DNA of 64,000 bases from Longimicrobiales bacterium (lineage in GTDB: Bacteria > Gemmatimonadota > Gemmatimonadetes > Longimicrobiales > Gaopeijiaceae). Within the stretch, counting starts at the first letter, position 1, and each line of letters begins with the position of its first letter. Shown one piece after another: positions 1-11,250 of the stretch. Both the position numbers and the translations under genes were made by a program. Below the pieces are notes generated by a model that worked only from the letters and a program-made list of their open reading frames with translations, was not told where the DNA came from and made no database searches. The stretch is from positions 128,001 to 192,000 of the forward strand of contig CBDBCF010000002.1 of NCBI GenBank assembly GCA_965202985.1, given 5' to 3'.

Positions 1-642
1 CGCGAGGTGGGCGGCAGGACCAAGATCGCGGTGCACAGCCGGGACGAGTCGATCGACCCAGTGGGCGCCTGCGTGGGCCTCAAGGGTTCGCGCGTCCAGG
101 CCGTGGTGTCCGAATTGGGAGGAGAGCGCATCGACATCGTGCCGTGGCACCCCGAGCCGGAAGTGTTTGCCCGGCGGGCCCTTGCGCCGGCTCGCGTCGC
201 CAAGGTGGTCTCCGACCCCGCCCGCCAAGTCGTCACCGCGATCGTGGACGAGGACCAGCTGTCCCTTGCGATCGGCCGAAACGGGCAGAACGTGCGCTTG
301 GCGTCGCAGCTGATCGGGTGGCAGATCGACCTCTACGGCTCGCGCGAGTGGATGGAGCGGGGCGCCGGCATGTCCGTCTTCGCCCCCGAAGAGGCGGAGT
401 CCTACGAGACCGCCGACTTCCCGCTGGGCGAGCTGGAGGTGGACGCCGCCACGCTGGCGGCCCTCGAGGCCGGGGGCTACGACAGCTTCCTGGACATCAT
501 CGACCTCGAGCGCTCCGACTTCCTGGCGGTCGACGGGATCACGGAAGAGGCGGCCACGCAGCTCTTGGCGCTCGTGGAGGAACTGACCGTGGTGGACTCC
601 GAGCCGGGCCGCTCGGGCGGCGCGGAGGAGGAGCAGGGCTAG
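1..642 (+). CDS. nusA: Transcription termination/antitermination factor NusA, 5'-truncated by window edge
   Basis: KH-domain motifs [17 protein letters not shown] and [19 protein letters not shown]; directly upstream of infB. Confidence 0.97.
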   Translation, partial: REVGGRTKIAVHSRDESIDPVGACVGLKGSRVQAVVSELGGERIDIVPWHPEPEVFARRALAPARVAKVVSDPARQVVTAIVDEDQLSLAIGRNGQNVRLASQLIGWQIDLYGSREWMERGAGMSVFAPEEAESYETADFPLGELEVDAATLAALEAGGYDSFLDIIDLERSDFLAVDGITEEAATQLLALVEELTVVDSEPGRSGGAEEEQG

Positions 643-643
643 G

Positions 644-3322
644 GTGCGCGTCAAGGAGCTGGCGGACGACCTGAAGGTTCGTCCCGACATGCTGGTCCGG
701 TTCCTCCGGAAGTCCGGCGTTCGGGTGGGGAACCCCGAGGCCCCCTTGGCCGACGGGGACGTGGCGAAGGTAAGGACCCGGTTGGAGAGGGAGCGGATCG
801 CCGCCGAGACCGGAAACGGGGCCGAGTTCAGCGCGTCCGACTTCATGAGGACGGTCGTTCGGGCCAGCAAGCCGGCCAGCCGTCGCCGTCGCCGGAAGGC
901 TTCTGCGCCGAAGGCGGAAGCGCCGCCCGCCAAGGCCGCTCCCGAACCGTCCCAGGCCGCGGACGCCTCCGCCGAGCCGGTCTCGGCCGACGATCCCGAC
1001 CATGCCGGGCGCGAAGAAGCGGCCGCCGGCCCCGCGCCCGCGCCCGACCGCGTCGAAGAGCCCGTGGCGGCGCCGGCCCCCGCGCCCGAACCGCCTTCGA
1101 CCGCGGAGACGCCCGCCGCCACTGCGTCCCGGACTCCGGCCCTCGAGTCCTCGGCTTCGCCCGGGCCCCCGCCGCCCCCTGCGGCTCCGGCGTCGTCGGC
1201 CCGAGCGCTTGCGTCCGCGGATCGGCCCAAGCCTGCCCGGGACGGAGCGCCCGCAAAGGCGTCCGCCGCCCGCGACGCGCTTCAGCCCGCCGCCAGCGCC
1301 GGCCCCGGCGGCACGGTCCGCATTCAGGCCGAGGGCTACACGTCCGACGGCCGCCGCAAGCAGAAGCGGAAGAAGGGCCGTCGTCGCGCCGGCGCCAGCC
1401 GACACGCGGCCCATGAGAACGTCCAGCGGGTTCTGGCCGAGCTCAAAGGAGGCCGCCGCAAGGGCCGAAAGGGGAAGGCCGCCGTGGCCGCCGCCAAGGA
1501 GGACAAGGCGGCTGCCGAGGAACAGGCCGCCGAGGCCCGTGCGGCGGCGGCGCGGACCGTGCGCGTCAACGAGTTCCTGACGGTGTCGGAGCTGGCGGAA
1601 CTCGTGGACGTGGCGCCGAACGAGATCATCGGGTCGGCGTTCAAGAACATGGGCTTCATGGTCACCATCAACCAGCGGCTCGACTTCGATCAGATCGAGC
1701 TTCTGCTGGAGGGCTTCGGCTTCACGGCGGTCCGCGAGACCGACTACTTGCCGGCGCCGGAGGTCGAGGAAGAGGACGACGAAGCCGATCTGCGCCCCCG
1801 GCCCGCCGTGGTCACGGTCATGGGCCACGTCGACCACGGCAAGACGCTGCTGCTGGATCGGATTCGCAAGACCAACGTGGTGGCCGGCGAGGCGGGCGGG
1901 ATCACGCAGCACATCGGCGCCTACCACGTGGACCTGGACGACGGACGCACGATCACGTTCCTGGACACGCCGGGCCACGCGGCCTTCACCGCGATGCGTG
2001 CGCGCGGCGCCGACGCGACCGACTTGGTGGTGCTGGTGGTGGCCGCCGACGACGCCGTGATGCCCCAAACCGTCGAGGCCGTCAGCCACGCCCGGAACGC
2101 CGGCGTGCCTCTGGTCGTGGCGGTCAACAAGATCGACCTGCCCGCGGCGGACTCGGAGCGGGTCAAGCGGGACCTGCTCCAGCACGACGTGACCGTCGAG
2201 GACTTCGGCGGCGAGACCCTGGTAGCCGAGGTCTCGGCGAAGACCGGCCAGGGCATGGACGACCTTCTCGACAAGATCCTTCTCCAGGCCGAGCTGCTCG
2301 AGCTGAAGGCCAACCCGTCCCGTCAGGCCGCCGGCACGGTCGTGGAGGCCGAGCTCGACCCGGGCAAGGGACCCGTCGCGACGATCCTGGTCCAGAACGG
2401 TACGCTGAACGTGGGCGACAGCTTCGTGGCCGGGCTGCACGGCGGCCGCGTCCGCGCCCTCATGGACGAACGGGGCCGAAACGTGCAGTCCGCGAGCCCC
2501 GGGATCCCGGTCCAGCTTCTAGGCTGCTCGGGCGTGCCCAGGGCCGGCGACGTCTTCCAGGTCATGGACTCGATGAAGGCGGCGGACGTGGCGGGGCACC
2601 GCCAGCGCCTGGATCGCGAGAAGCAGCTCCGCATCCGGGAGCGGGGCATCAAGCTGGGCGACTTCTCCCAGCTGCTGGCCGCCGGACAGACGGGCGTGCT
2701 GCGCGTGGTGATCAAGGGCGACGTGGACGGCTCCGTTCAGGCGCTGTCCGACTCCTTGGAGCGCCTCTCCACCGACGAGGTCAGGGTCGAGATCGTGCAC
2801 CGAGGCGTCGGTGCCGTGAACGAGTCCGACGTCATGCTGGCCCTCACCGCCGGCGCCGTGATCCTGGGCTTCCGCGTCCGGCCCGACGGCGGCGCTCGGC
2901 AGGCGGCGGCCCGCGAGGACGTGGACGTGCGCAGCTACGACGTGATCTACGAGGCCGTGGACGACGTGACGGCGGCGCTGGAGGGACTGCTGGCGCCGGA
3001 GCGCCGCGAGAACGTCGTGGGCGCCGCCGAGGCCCGGGTCGTCTTCAAGATCAAGGGCGTGGGAACGATCGCGGGCAGCTACGTCACGGAAGGCGTGGTG
3101 CAGCGGGGCGCCAAGGCCCGGGTCGTCCGCGACGGGGTGGTCGTCTATCAGGCCGACATCTCCTCGCTCAAGCGCTTCAAGGACGACGCCAAGGAGGTCA
3201 AGGAAGGGTTCGAGTGCGGCATCGGCGTCGCCAACTTCAACGACGTGAAGGTCGGCGACGTGATCGAGACCTATCAGGTCGAAGAAGTAGCGCGCACGCT
3301 GGAAACGGCCGGGACGGGCTGA
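644..3322 (+). CDS. infB: Translation initiation factor IF-2
   Basis: [13 protein letters not shown] and NKID GTPase motifs; C-terminal [12 protein letters not shown]...ECGI; long Ala/Pro-rich N-terminal linker. Confidence 0.99.
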   Translation: MRVKELADDLKVRPDMLVRFLRKSGVRVGNPEAPLADGDVAKVRTRLERERIAAETGNGAEFSASDFMRTVVRASKPASRRRRRKASAPKAEAPPAKAAPEPSQAADASAEPVSADDPDHAGREEAAAGPAPAPDRVEEPVAAPAPAPEPPSTAETPAATASRTPALESSASPGPPPPPAAPASSARALASADRPKPARDGAPAKASAARDALQPAASAGPGGTVRIQAEGYTSDGRRKQKRKKGRRRAGASRHAAHENVQRVLAELKGGRRKGRKGKAAVAAAKEDKAAAEEQAAEARAAAARTVRVNEFLTVSELAELVDVAPNEIIGSAFKNMGFMVTINQRLDFDQIELLLEGFGFTAVRETDYLPAPEVEEEDDEADLRPRPAVVTVMGHVDHGKTLLLDRIRKTNVVAGEAGGITQHIGAYHVDLDDGRTITFLDTPGHAAFTAMRARGADATDLVVLVVAADDAVMPQTVEAVSHARNAGVPLVVAVNKIDLPAADSERVKRDLLQHDVTVEDFGGETLVAEVSAKTGQGMDDLLDKILLQAELLELKANPSRQAAGTVVEAELDPGKGPVATILVQNGTLNVGDSFVAGLHGGRVRALMDERGRNVQSASPGIPVQLLGCSGVPRAGDVFQVMDSMKAADVAGHRQRLDREKQLRIRERGIKLGDFSQLLAAGQTGVLRVVIKGDVDGSVQALSDSLERLSTDEVRVEIVHRGVGAVNESDVMLALTAGAVILGFRVRPDGGARQAAAREDVDVRSYDVIYEAVDDVTAALEGLLAPERRENVVGAAEARVVFKIKGVGTIAGSYVTEGVVQRGAKARVVRDGVVVYQADISSLKRFKDDAKEVKEGFECGIGVANFNDVKVGDVIETYQVEEVARTLETAGTG

Positions 3323-3359
3323 CGAACGCCCGGTTCCCCGCGCTCGCGCCCGGCGACCC

Positions 3360-3638
3360 GTGATCGTGACCGTTTCCACCTGGACGCTGGCGATCCCCGG
3401 CGCCCGCTCTCTCAAGGAGAAGCGCCGCGTCCTTCGCTCGCTGAAGGACCGGCTGGCCAAGAAGAACGTGTCCGTGGTCGAGTCGGGCCTGCAGGGCGTT
3501 CGGGACCGGGCCGAGGTGTCCGTGGCGTTTCTGTCGGCTCACACGGCCCAGGCGGATTCGCTGCTGTCCTCCTTGGACCGCCTGGTCGCGGACGCCCGGG
3601 GCGCGCACGTCCTTGCCCAGTCCGCGGAGCGGCGCTGA
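3360..3638 (+). CDS. DUF503 (YlxP-like) protein
   Basis: [16 protein letters not shown]...NVSVVE motif; typical position between infB and rbfA. Confidence 0.88.
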   Translation: MIVTVSTWTLAIPGARSLKEKRRVLRSLKDRLAKKNVSVVESGLQGVRDRAEVSVAFLSAHTAQADSLLSSLDRLVADARGAHVLAQSAERR

Positions 3639-3991
3639 TGTCCCGGCGGCGCGTCCGGCTGGGCGAGCAGCTGCGGCGCGAACTCTCGCTCAAGATCGCC
3701 ACGCTCGTGAGGGACCCGGGGCTGGGGCCGCTGGCCGTGACCGAGGTGGACGTAACCGAGGACCTCTGGCTGGCCCGCGTGTACGTGATCCCCTACGGGC
3801 GCCCGGCCGACCAGGACAGGACGATGGCCGCGCTCGAGCGGTCGGCGTCGTTCCTGCGGCGGTCGCTGGCTCGCGAGCTGCGCGTCCGGCGGATGCCCGA
3901 GCTTCGATTCGTGCAGGACGGCTCCCAGGAGGCGGGCGACCGCATCGAGGCGATCCTGAAGGAGGTGCTGCCCCCGGAAGCGGAGCCGTGA
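3638..3991 (+). CDS. rbfA: 30S ribosome-binding factor A
   Basis: VRDP, VTEVDVTEDL..ARVY and RRMPELRF motifs; synteny. Confidence 0.95.
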   Translation: MSRRRVRLGEQLRRELSLKIATLVRDPGLGPLAVTEVDVTEDLWLARVYVIPYGRPADQDRTMAALERSASFLRRSLARELRVRRMPELRFVQDGSQEAGDRIEAILKEVLPPEAEP

Positions 3992-4872
3992 GACGCTCGT
4001 CCCAAGAGATGGCGGTGCTGTTGGTGGACAAGCCGGCCGGTCCCACGTCCCACGACGCGGTGGCGATCGTGCGCAAGAGCCTGGGAGGTGCGAAGGCGGG
4101 CCATGCCGGCACGCTGGACCCGTTCGCCACGGGGCTCCTGGTCGTGGCCACGGGGCGTGCGACGCGCATCCTCGAGTACTTGGCGGGGCTGGACAAGGAG
4201 TACGAGGCCGAAGCGGTGATGGGCGTCGCGACCGAGACCGCCGACCCCGAAGGCGCGACGACCGCGACCGACGACCGCTGGCGGACCCTGGACGAGGACC
4301 GGATACGTGCCGAAGCGCAGGCCATGACCGGTCGCCTGCGCCAAGTGCCTCCGGCGTACTCGGCGGTGAAGGTCGGCGGCGTGCCGGCTCATCGGCGCGC
4401 TAGGCGCGGCGAGACAGTGCGCCTTGCGCCCAGGACCGCAACGGTCCGCGAGTGGGAGGTGACGACCGTCGAGCTGCCCCGCGTGCGGTTTCGCGTCTCC
4501 TGCTCCAGCGGCACCTACGTGCGCACCTTGGCCGTCGACCTGGGCCGGCGCCTGGGCACCGCCTGCCATCTGTCGGCGCTGCGCCGGACCCGCGTCGGGA
4601 CGTTTCGGTGCGAGCGCGCCGCCTCGTTGGAGTCGATCCGCGAGGGCCGCCCGCCCCCGCGCGCCCGGCTTTCGGCCGCGGCGGCCCTTGAGCACCTGCC
4701 GCAGGTCGTCGTCGGCCCGGACGACGTTCAGCACCTGGGAATGGGGAGAACAGTTCCCTCCTCGGCGCCGGACGCCGAATGCGCCGCGTTCGTGTCGCCC
4801 GAGCGGGCGCTGGTGGCGGTGGGCGCCGTGCGGGACGGCTTGCTCAGGCCGCGCAAGGTCTTTGCGCCGTGA
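3988..4872 (+). CDS. truB: tRNA pseudouridine(55) synthase
   Basis: DKPAGPTSHD, GHAGTLDPFATG, QVPPAYSAVKVGG, CSSGTYVR; GTGA overlap with rbfA stop (ATG at 4009 is an alternative start). Confidence 0.95.
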   Translation: MRRSSQEMAVLLVDKPAGPTSHDAVAIVRKSLGGAKAGHAGTLDPFATGLLVVATGRATRILEYLAGLDKEYEAEAVMGVATETADPEGATTATDDRWRTLDEDRIRAEAQAMTGRLRQVPPAYSAVKVGGVPAHRRARRGETVRLAPRTATVREWEVTTVELPRVRFRVSCSSGTYVRTLAVDLGRRLGTACHLSALRRTRVGTFRCERAASLESIREGRPPPRARLSAAAALEHLPQVVVGPDDVQHLGMGRTVPSSAPDAECAAFVSPERALVAVGAVRDGLLRPRKVFAP

Positions 4873-5813
4873 CTCGGTTTGCCGGCGCCGTCCAAGAGCT
4901 GCCGCGCGACGGTCGGCCCGTCGTCGCGACGGTCGGCACGTTCGACGGCGTGCACCTGGGCCACCAGCAGGTGATCCGCCAAGTCGCCCGGCAGGCGGCC
5001 GATCTGGGCGGCCGAAGCGTCCTGGTCACCTTCGACCCGCACCCGCTTCAAGTCGTACGTCCGAGCCAAGCTCCCAAGCTGCTCACCACCCCCGACGAGA
5101 AGAAGCCGCTGCTGGCCGCGCTCGGACTGGACCACGCCGTGTTCCTGCCGTTCACCCCCGAGCTGCAAAGCTGCTCTCCTCGCCGCTTCGTGCAAGAGTT
5201 CCTTCTCGACGGCGTCGAGATGAGCCGCCTGGTCGTCGGCCACGACCACGGCTTCGGCAGGGGCCGCGCCGGGAACGCGGAGTTGCTGGGCCGGATCGCG
5301 GGCGAAGAGGGCTTCGAACTGGACGTGGTGGAGCCCGTGCGGTCGGAGGGGACCCCGGTCTCGTCTTCCGCGATCCGCCGGGCGCTCGCCGAAGGCCGCT
5401 TGAGCGACGCGAACCGAGCGCTGGGCCGCCCCTATTCCATGACGGGCAAGGTCGTCCGGGGCGACGGTCGGGGGAGCGAACTGGGCTACCCCACCGCCAA
5501 CCTGCGGTTCCCGGACGACAAGCTTGTGCCCGCGGCGGGCATCTACGCCTGCTGGGCCGTCACGCCCGCCGGTCGCTTCCCGGGCGCGCTCCACGTCGGC
5601 CCCAGGCCGGCGTTTCCGGGGGCGGAAGACACCGTCGAGGTCCACGTCCTGGACTTCGCCGGCGACCTCTACGGGCAACAGCTCACGCTGGAGCTCGACA
5701 GCTACGTTCGCCCCGTCGCCGCCTTCTCCGACCCGCGGAGCTTGGCGGAGCAGATCGGTCGCGACGTGAAACAAGTGCGGGATTGTTTTTCGAAGACTTC
5801 GGGGCTAGCATGA
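4869..5813 (+). CDS. ribF: Bifunctional riboflavin kinase/FAD synthetase
   Basis: GTFDGVHLGHQ, VSSSAIR, GYPTANL, EVHVLDF.GDLYG; GTGA overlap with truB. Confidence 0.96.
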   Translation: MTRFAGAVQELPRDGRPVVATVGTFDGVHLGHQQVIRQVARQAADLGGRSVLVTFDPHPLQVVRPSQAPKLLTTPDEKKPLLAALGLDHAVFLPFTPELQSCSPRRFVQEFLLDGVEMSRLVVGHDHGFGRGRAGNAELLGRIAGEEGFELDVVEPVRSEGTPVSSSAIRRALAEGRLSDANRALGRPYSMTGKVVRGDGRGSELGYPTANLRFPDDKLVPAAGIYACWAVTPAGRFPGALHVGPRPAFPGAEDTVEVHVLDFAGDLYGQQLTLELDSYVRPVAAFSDPRSLAEQIGRDVKQVRDCFSKTSGLA

Positions 5814-5843
5814 AAGGCTGTTCGACCAACAACAGGAAGCCAA

Positions 5844-6104
5844 ATGGGAATCGACAAGCAAGCGATCATCGAGAAGTACCAGCCTAGGGAGAACGGCGCG
5901 GGAAGCGTGCCGGTCCAGGTCGCCCTCCTCACCGCCCGCATCGATCACCTGCGCGACCACTTCGCCGCGCACAAGCACGACCATCACAGCCGTCGCGGCC
6001 TTCTCAAGATGGTGGGGCGCAGGCGCCGTCTTCTCGAGTACCTGAAGCGCACCGACTTGGACGGCTACCGCGAACTCATCAAGAACCTCGGGCTTCGCCA
6101 CTAG
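5844..6104 (+). CDS. rpsO: 30S ribosomal protein S15
   Basis: [36 protein letters not shown]. Confidence 0.98.
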   Translation: MGIDKQAIIEKYQPRENGAGSVPVQVALLTARIDHLRDHFAAHKHDHHSRRGLLKMVGRRRRLLEYLKRTDLDGYRELIKNLGLRH

Positions 6105-6123
6105 ACGTCCGAAGAAAGACCTC

Positions 6124-8265
6124 ATGACACATAGAATCGAACGCCAGTTCGCGGGACGCCCCCTTGTTCTGGAGACCGGCCGCATGGCCCGCTTGGCCCA
6201 CGGCGCGTGCCTCGTCCAGTTCGGAGAGACCGTCGTGCTGGTGACGGCGACCGTCCAGGACAGGCCCACCTCGCTCCCGTTCTTCCCGCTGACCGTGGAG
6301 TACCGCGAGAAGACCTACGCCGCCGGCAAGATCCCCGGCGGCTTCTTCAAGCGCGAGGGGGCGCCCAACGAGAAGGAAGTGCTGTCGGCGCGCATGACCG
6401 ACCGGACCCTGCGCCCTCTCTTTCCCGACGGCTTCTTCCACGAAACGCAAGTTCACGCCTCGATCCTGAGCGCCGACCAGGAGAACGACGCGGACGTCCT
6501 GGCGCTGATCGGAGCCTCGGTGGCCCTCAACACCTCCGTCGTTCCCTTCCGCACGCTGGTGGCTTCGGTGCGCATCGGCCGGATCCAGGGCAACTGGGTG
6601 GTCAACCCCACGTTCCGCCAGCTGGAGTACGCCGACGTGGACATCGTGGTGGCCGGCTCCGCGAAGGCGATCGTCATGGTGGAGGGCGGCGCCCTGGAGG
6701 TGCCGGAGGACGAGGTCCTCGAAGGCCTGCAGGTGGCTCACGAGGCGATCCGCGAGCTCGTGGCGATCCAGGAAGAGCTGATCGGATCGCGCCGGCCCGA
6801 AGAGATGGCGTGGACGGCCAAGGAGGTGGACGCGGGCGTCCGCGAGCAGGTGGAGCGCGTGGTCGGCGACCGCATGGAAGACGCCGCTCGGATCACCGAC
6901 AAGCAGGAACGGGCGCTGGCCGTGTCAGGGATCGCAAGCGACGCGGTGGAGCAGCTGGCGGCGGAAGCGCCGCAGGGCGACGGGGCCACGGCGAGCGAAG
7001 GCGACGTCCAGTCGGTGGTGCGGTCGATGGAGAAGCGCAGCGTTCGGCGTCGCATCCTGGAAGACGGGCGACGCGCGGACGGCCGGGGCTTGGACGACGT
7101 CCGCAAGATCGACTGCGAGACCGGGGTGCTTCCCAGAACCCACGGCTCGGCGCTCTTCACCCGCGGCCAGACGCAGTCGCTGGGCGTCGTCACGCTGGGC
7201 ACGTCCAGGGACGAGCAGCGCATCGACTCGATCGACAGCCCGGAGCAGGTCACCAAGTCGTTCATGCTCCACTACAACTTCCCCCCCTTCTCGGTGGGCG
7301 AAGCTAGGCCGATCCGGTCCACGTCCCGACGCGAAAAGGGACACGGCGCCCTTGCCGAACGCGCCATCCAGCCCCTTCTGCCCAGCCTGGAAGACTTCCC
7401 CTACACGATCCGCATCGTCTCGGACATCCTGGAGTCCAACGGCTCGTCGTCGATGGCCTCCGTGTGCTCGGCCTCGCTGTCGCTGATGGACGCGGGCGTT
7501 CCGATCCGCGCGGCCTGCGCCGGCGTGGCCATGGGGCTGGTCGCCGAGGAGGGGCGCGTTGCCGTCCTGACCGACATCCTGGGTCTCGAGGACGCCCTGG
7601 GCGACATGGACTTCAAGGTGGCGGGCACGCGCAAGGGGGTCACGTCGATTCAGATGGACATCAAGATCGACGGCCTGACCAAGGACGTGCTGCAAGAGGC
7701 TCTGGGACGCGCGCGCCAAGCCCGGATGCACATCCTGGACGAGATGGACAAGGCGTTGGCCGCGCCGCGCGACGACCTGTCGCCCCACGCGCCCAGGATC
7801 GTGTCGATCCGCGTGAACCCCGAGAAGATCGGCGAGATCATCGGCCCCAAGGGCAAGACGATCCGGGCGATTCAAGACGAGTCGGGGGCAACGATCGAGG
7901 TGGACGACGACGGCGTGGTCAAGATCGCCGCCGTCTCCGGCGAGGCCGGTGCGCGGGCTCGGGAGATGATCGAGGCGATCGTCCAGGACCCGGAAGTGGG
8001 GCGCATCTACGAAGGTCCCGTGAAGAACACGACCACCTTCGGCGCCTTCGTGGAGATCATGCCGGGCGTGGAGGGGCTCTGCCACATCTCCGAGCTGGCG
8101 GCGCACCGCGTGGCGGCCACCGAAGACGTGGTCAAGCGAGGCGATGTGGTGCGGGTCAAGCTGCTGTCGATCGACGGCAAGGGGCGTCTGCGGCTATCCA
8201 AGAAGGCCGCCGCCGAGGAAGAGGCGGGCGCCGCCGCGACGAGAACGGTTGGCGGGCGGCCCTAA
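6124..8265 (+). CDS. pnp: Polyribonucleotide nucleotidyltransferase (PNPase)
   Basis: FFPLTVEYREK..AAGKIPGGFFKREG, HGSALFTRGQTQ, ESNGSSSMASVC, GDMDFKVAGT; KH and S1 domains. Confidence 0.99.
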   Translation: MTHRIERQFAGRPLVLETGRMARLAHGACLVQFGETVVLVTATVQDRPTSLPFFPLTVEYREKTYAAGKIPGGFFKREGAPNEKEVLSARMTDRTLRPLFPDGFFHETQVHASILSADQENDADVLALIGASVALNTSVVPFRTLVASVRIGRIQGNWVVNPTFRQLEYADVDIVVAGSAKAIVMVEGGALEVPEDEVLEGLQVAHEAIRELVAIQEELIGSRRPEEMAWTAKEVDAGVREQVERVVGDRMEDAARITDKQERALAVSGIASDAVEQLAAEAPQGDGATASEGDVQSVVRSMEKRSVRRRILEDGRRADGRGLDDVRKIDCETGVLPRTHGSALFTRGQTQSLGVVTLGTSRDEQRIDSIDSPEQVTKSFMLHYNFPPFSVGEARPIRSTSRREKGHGALAERAIQPLLPSLEDFPYTIRIVSDILESNGSSSMASVCSASLSLMDAGVPIRAACAGVAMGLVAEEGRVAVLTDILGLEDALGDMDFKVAGTRKGVTSIQMDIKIDGLTKDVLQEALGRARQARMHILDEMDKALAAPRDDLSPHAPRIVSIRVNPEKIGEIIGPKGKTIRAIQDESGATIEVDDDGVVKIAAVSGEAGARAREMIEAIVQDPEVGRIYEGPVKNTTTFGAFVEIMPGVEGLCHISELAAHRVAATEDVVKRGDVVRVKLLSIDGKGRLRLSKKAAAEEEAGAAATRTVGGRP

Positions 8266-8284
8266 GCGCGCTTTGTCGGCGCCC

Positions 8285-9559
8285 ATGGATCGTTCGACGC
8301 CCGCGGGCCGCCCGTCCGGCGCGGTGCGTTCGGCGCGGCTGGCCAACGGCGTTTGGGTCCTGGCCGAGGAGATGGACGGGGCCGCTTCGGTTGCCGTCGG
8401 CGTGTGGGTGGGGCAGGGCGGCGCGCACGAATCGGCGGACCGGTTGGGCGCCAGCCACCTGCTGGAGCACATGGTGTTCAAGGGCACCGAGACGCGGAGC
8501 GCCCGCGAAATCGCGTTGTCGTTGGAGCGCCTGGGAGGATCGCTGGACGCATACACGGCCCGCGAGCACACCAGCTATCAGGCGCGAGTGCTGGCGCGCC
8601 ACCTCCCGGACGCAATCGAGGTGCTGGCCGACTTGGTCTGCAACCCGCTGCTCGGCCAGGACGACCTGGACCGCGAGAAGTCCGTAGTCGCCGAAGAGAT
8701 CGCCATGGTGGAGGACACGCCCGAGGACCTGGTGTTCGAGATCCACGGCGAACGCCTGTGGCGGGGTCATCCTTATGGCCAGTCGATCCTGGGAACGCGC
8801 GAATCGGTGGCGGGGCTTTCCCGCGACGCCTTGGCCGACTTGCACCGGGAGCGCTATGTGGCCGCGAACTTGGTGGTTGCCGCGGCCGGCGCCGTGGACC
8901 ACGACCGGTTGGTGGAGCTGGCGGACCGCTGGTTCGGCGACATGCCGGCCGGCGCGGAGGCCACCGGCCCGACCCGCCCGCCCGAGCCCGAAGCCAGGAT
9001 CGACCGAATGGAGCGCGACTCGGCCCAGGTCCACGTGGTCACGGGTTGGACCACGCCCGGCCACGCCCACCCCGACCGCTACGCCCGCCTTCTCCTGTCG
9101 ACCGCGCTGGGCGGTGGGATGAGCTCCCGCCTCTTCCAGCACGTCCGCGAAGAGCTGGCGCTGGCGTACGCCGTCTACTCCTTCCAGTCGTTCTACTCCG
9201 GCGGCGGCCTTTTCGGCGTCTACGCGGGCACCCGCCCCGGCAAGACCCGCGACCTTTTGGACGCCGTCCACCGCGTCTACGACCACATCCTGTCGCGCGG
9301 GCTTCCCGAAGACGAGCTGACAGGGGTCAAGGAGCTGGTGAAGGGGCGGACGCTGCTGGCGCTGGAGACGCCCGGCGCCCGCGTCCAGCGGTTGGCGGCC
9401 CTGGCGCTCTTGGACGAGCCCTTCGTGCCCCTGGAAGAGATGGCGCGTCGCGTGGACGCCGTGTCGTCGGAAGATGTGCGCCGGGTCGCCGCGACCGTGC
9501 TCGATCCGTCGCGCCAGTGCGCCGTGTGTCTGGGCCCGCAAGGCCCTGGTCCCTCGTAG
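8285..9559 (+). CDS. M16 family (insulinase-like) zinc peptidase
   Basis: Inverted zinc motif HLLEHMVFKGT; LGGGMSSRLFQ.VRE; commonly follows pnp. Confidence 0.93.
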   Translation: MDRSTPAGRPSGAVRSARLANGVWVLAEEMDGAASVAVGVWVGQGGAHESADRLGASHLLEHMVFKGTETRSAREIALSLERLGGSLDAYTAREHTSYQARVLARHLPDAIEVLADLVCNPLLGQDDLDREKSVVAEEIAMVEDTPEDLVFEIHGERLWRGHPYGQSILGTRESVAGLSRDALADLHRERYVAANLVVAAAGAVDHDRLVELADRWFGDMPAGAEATGPTRPPEPEARIDRMERDSAQVHVVTGWTTPGHAHPDRYARLLLSTALGGGMSSRLFQHVREELALAYAVYSFQSFYSGGGLFGVYAGTRPGKTRDLLDAVHRVYDHILSRGLPEDELTGVKELVKGRTLLALETPGARVQRLAALALLDEPFVPLEEMARRVDAVSSEDVRRVAATVLDPSRQCAVCLGPQGPGPS

Positions 9560-9575
9560 ACAAGGGTTCGGTCTC

Positions 9576-11165
9576 GTGCTCGTCGGCGTTCCCACCGAGG
9601 TCAAGAACAACGAGTACCGCGTGGCCGCCACCCCGGCGGGCGTGGAGGCCTTGGTCGCCGCCGGCCGGCAGGTGCTCGTGCAGGCGGGGGCCGGGGTCGA
9701 GAGCGGATTCACGGACGACTTCTACCTCAGGTCCGGGGCCGAGATCGCCGCGACGGCCGAAGAGGTATGGGCCCGAGCGGAGATGATCCTGAAGGTCAAG
9801 GAGCCCGTGGCGTCCGAGTGGCCGCTCCTGCGGGACGGCCAAGTCGTCTTCACGTACTTTCACTTCGCGGCGTCCAGGGCGCTGACCGAGGCCGTGGTCG
9901 AAAGCGGCTGCGTGGCCGTGGCCTACGAGACGGTCGAGTCGGCGGACGGCGACCTTCCCCTGCTCACGCCCATGAGCGAGGTGGCCGGCCGGATGGCGGT
10001 GCAGGCCGGTGCCAAGTACCTGGAGCGTCCTTCAGGCGGTTCGGGGATCCTGCTGGGCGGCGTACCCGGCGTGCTGCCGGCCAAGGTGCTGGTCCTGGGT
10101 GGCGGCGTGGTCGGCGCCAACGCGGCCCGGATGGCCGCCGGACTGGGCGCAAGGGTGGCGGTCATGGACGTTTCTCTTCCCCGGTTGCGCCAGCTGGCGG
10201 AGATCATGCCCGCCAACGTGAACCTGCTTTACTCGACGCGCTATGCGGTCCGGAAGCAGCTGGCCGGGGCCGACCTGGTGGTGGGCGCCGTGCTCGTGCC
10301 GGGCAAGAAGGCGCCCAGTTTGGTGCGGCGCGAGGACTTGGACGCCATGCGCTCCGGGTCGGTGATCGTGGACGTGGCCGTGGACCAAGGGGGCTGCGTC
10401 GAGACGATCCGTCCCACCACCCACCAGGACCCCGTCTACGAAGTGGCGGGCGTGATCCACTACGGTGTCGCCAACATGCCGGGCGCGGTTCCCAGGTCGT
10501 CCACGCTCGCGCTGACCAACGCAACGCTGCCCTACGTGCTCCGGTTGGCCTGCGAGGGCTGGCAGGACGCTTGCGCCGCCGACCCCGGCTTGGCCAAGGG
10601 CCTCAGCGTGGTCCGCGGCAAGGTGGTCCACCGCGGCGTTGCGGAAACCTTCGGATTGCCCTGCGACCCCGTGGCGAGCGCCGAACGGGAAGCGGTGCGC
10701 TTCAAGCGGCTGCCCGACAACCCGGAGCTGCCTTTGCCCGCCCGCCAGACCGAAGGCGCCGCAGGCTACGACGTCCGCTCCAACGAGGCCGCCACGCTCG
10801 AGCCCGGCGAGACGCGCCCCTTGGCGACCGGGCTGGTCATGGAGATGCCCGCCGGCCTGGAGTGCCAGATGCGGCCCCGCTCGGGGCTGGCCGCTCGTTA
10901 CGGCCTCGTCATGCCCAACAGCCCCGGCACCATCGACTCCGACTACCGGGGGGAGCTCAAGGTCCTCCTTCGAAACACGGGGCCCGAGCCGGTGGAGGTG
11001 CACCGGGGCGACCGCGTGGCGCAGCTGGTGTTCGCGGCCCACCGCGCGCCGGCCGTGGAAGAGGCGGACCGCTTGTCCGAGACTCAACGCGGAGACGGCG
11101 GATTCGGAAGCACCGGGACGGGCACGTCCCCGAGTTCGCCGGCGGGCCCCGAGAGCTTGCCATGA
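9576..11165 (+). CDS. ald-dut: Alanine dehydrogenase fused in frame to dUTPase
   Basis: N-terminal part: [52 protein letters not shown]. From about 10695, all five dUTPase motifs ([36 protein letters not shown]). No stop codon between them. Confidence 0.9.
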   Translation: MLVGVPTEVKNNEYRVAATPAGVEALVAAGRQVLVQAGAGVESGFTDDFYLRSGAEIAATAEEVWARAEMILKVKEPVASEWPLLRDGQVVFTYFHFAASRALTEAVVESGCVAVAYETVESADGDLPLLTPMSEVAGRMAVQAGAKYLERPSGGSGILLGGVPGVLPAKVLVLGGGVVGANAARMAAGLGARVAVMDVSLPRLRQLAEIMPANVNLLYSTRYAVRKQLAGADLVVGAVLVPGKKAPSLVRREDLDAMRSGSVIVDVAVDQGGCVETIRPTTHQDPVYEVAGVIHYGVANMPGAVPRSSTLALTNATLPYVLRLACEGWQDACAADPGLAKGLSVVRGKVVHRGVAETFGLPCDPVASAEREAVRFKRLPDNPELPLPARQTEGAAGYDVRSNEAATLEPGETRPLATGLVMEMPAGLECQMRPRSGLAARYGLVMPNSPGTIDSDYRGELKVLLRNTGPEPVEVHRGDRVAQLVFAAHRAPAVEEADRLSETQRGDGGFGSTGTGTSPSSPAGPESLP

Positions 11166-11184
11166 CGCAGGGGCGCCGTATACT
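11157..11184 (+). promoter_or_regulatory. Putative sigma70-type promoter of mreBCD-mrdA-rodA
   Basis: TTGCCA(11157-62)-N16-TATACT(11179-84). Confidence 0.5.
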
Positions 11185-11250
11185 GTTCGTTCAGCGTTCG
11201 CAGACACAGATGTTTCCCCCACCCCAGCTCCGGTAGGCCGCGCCAAGCTC

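Noticed and set aside
800..1560. Long Ala/Pro-rich region in IF-2
   Set aside because: Variable low-complexity N-terminal linkers are normal for IF-2 in high-GC bacteria
539..2440. Long antisense and alternate-frame ORFs over core genes (here and throughout)
   Set aside because: Expected shadow ORFs in very high-GC DNA; no recognisable motifs, and they overlap well-supported genes
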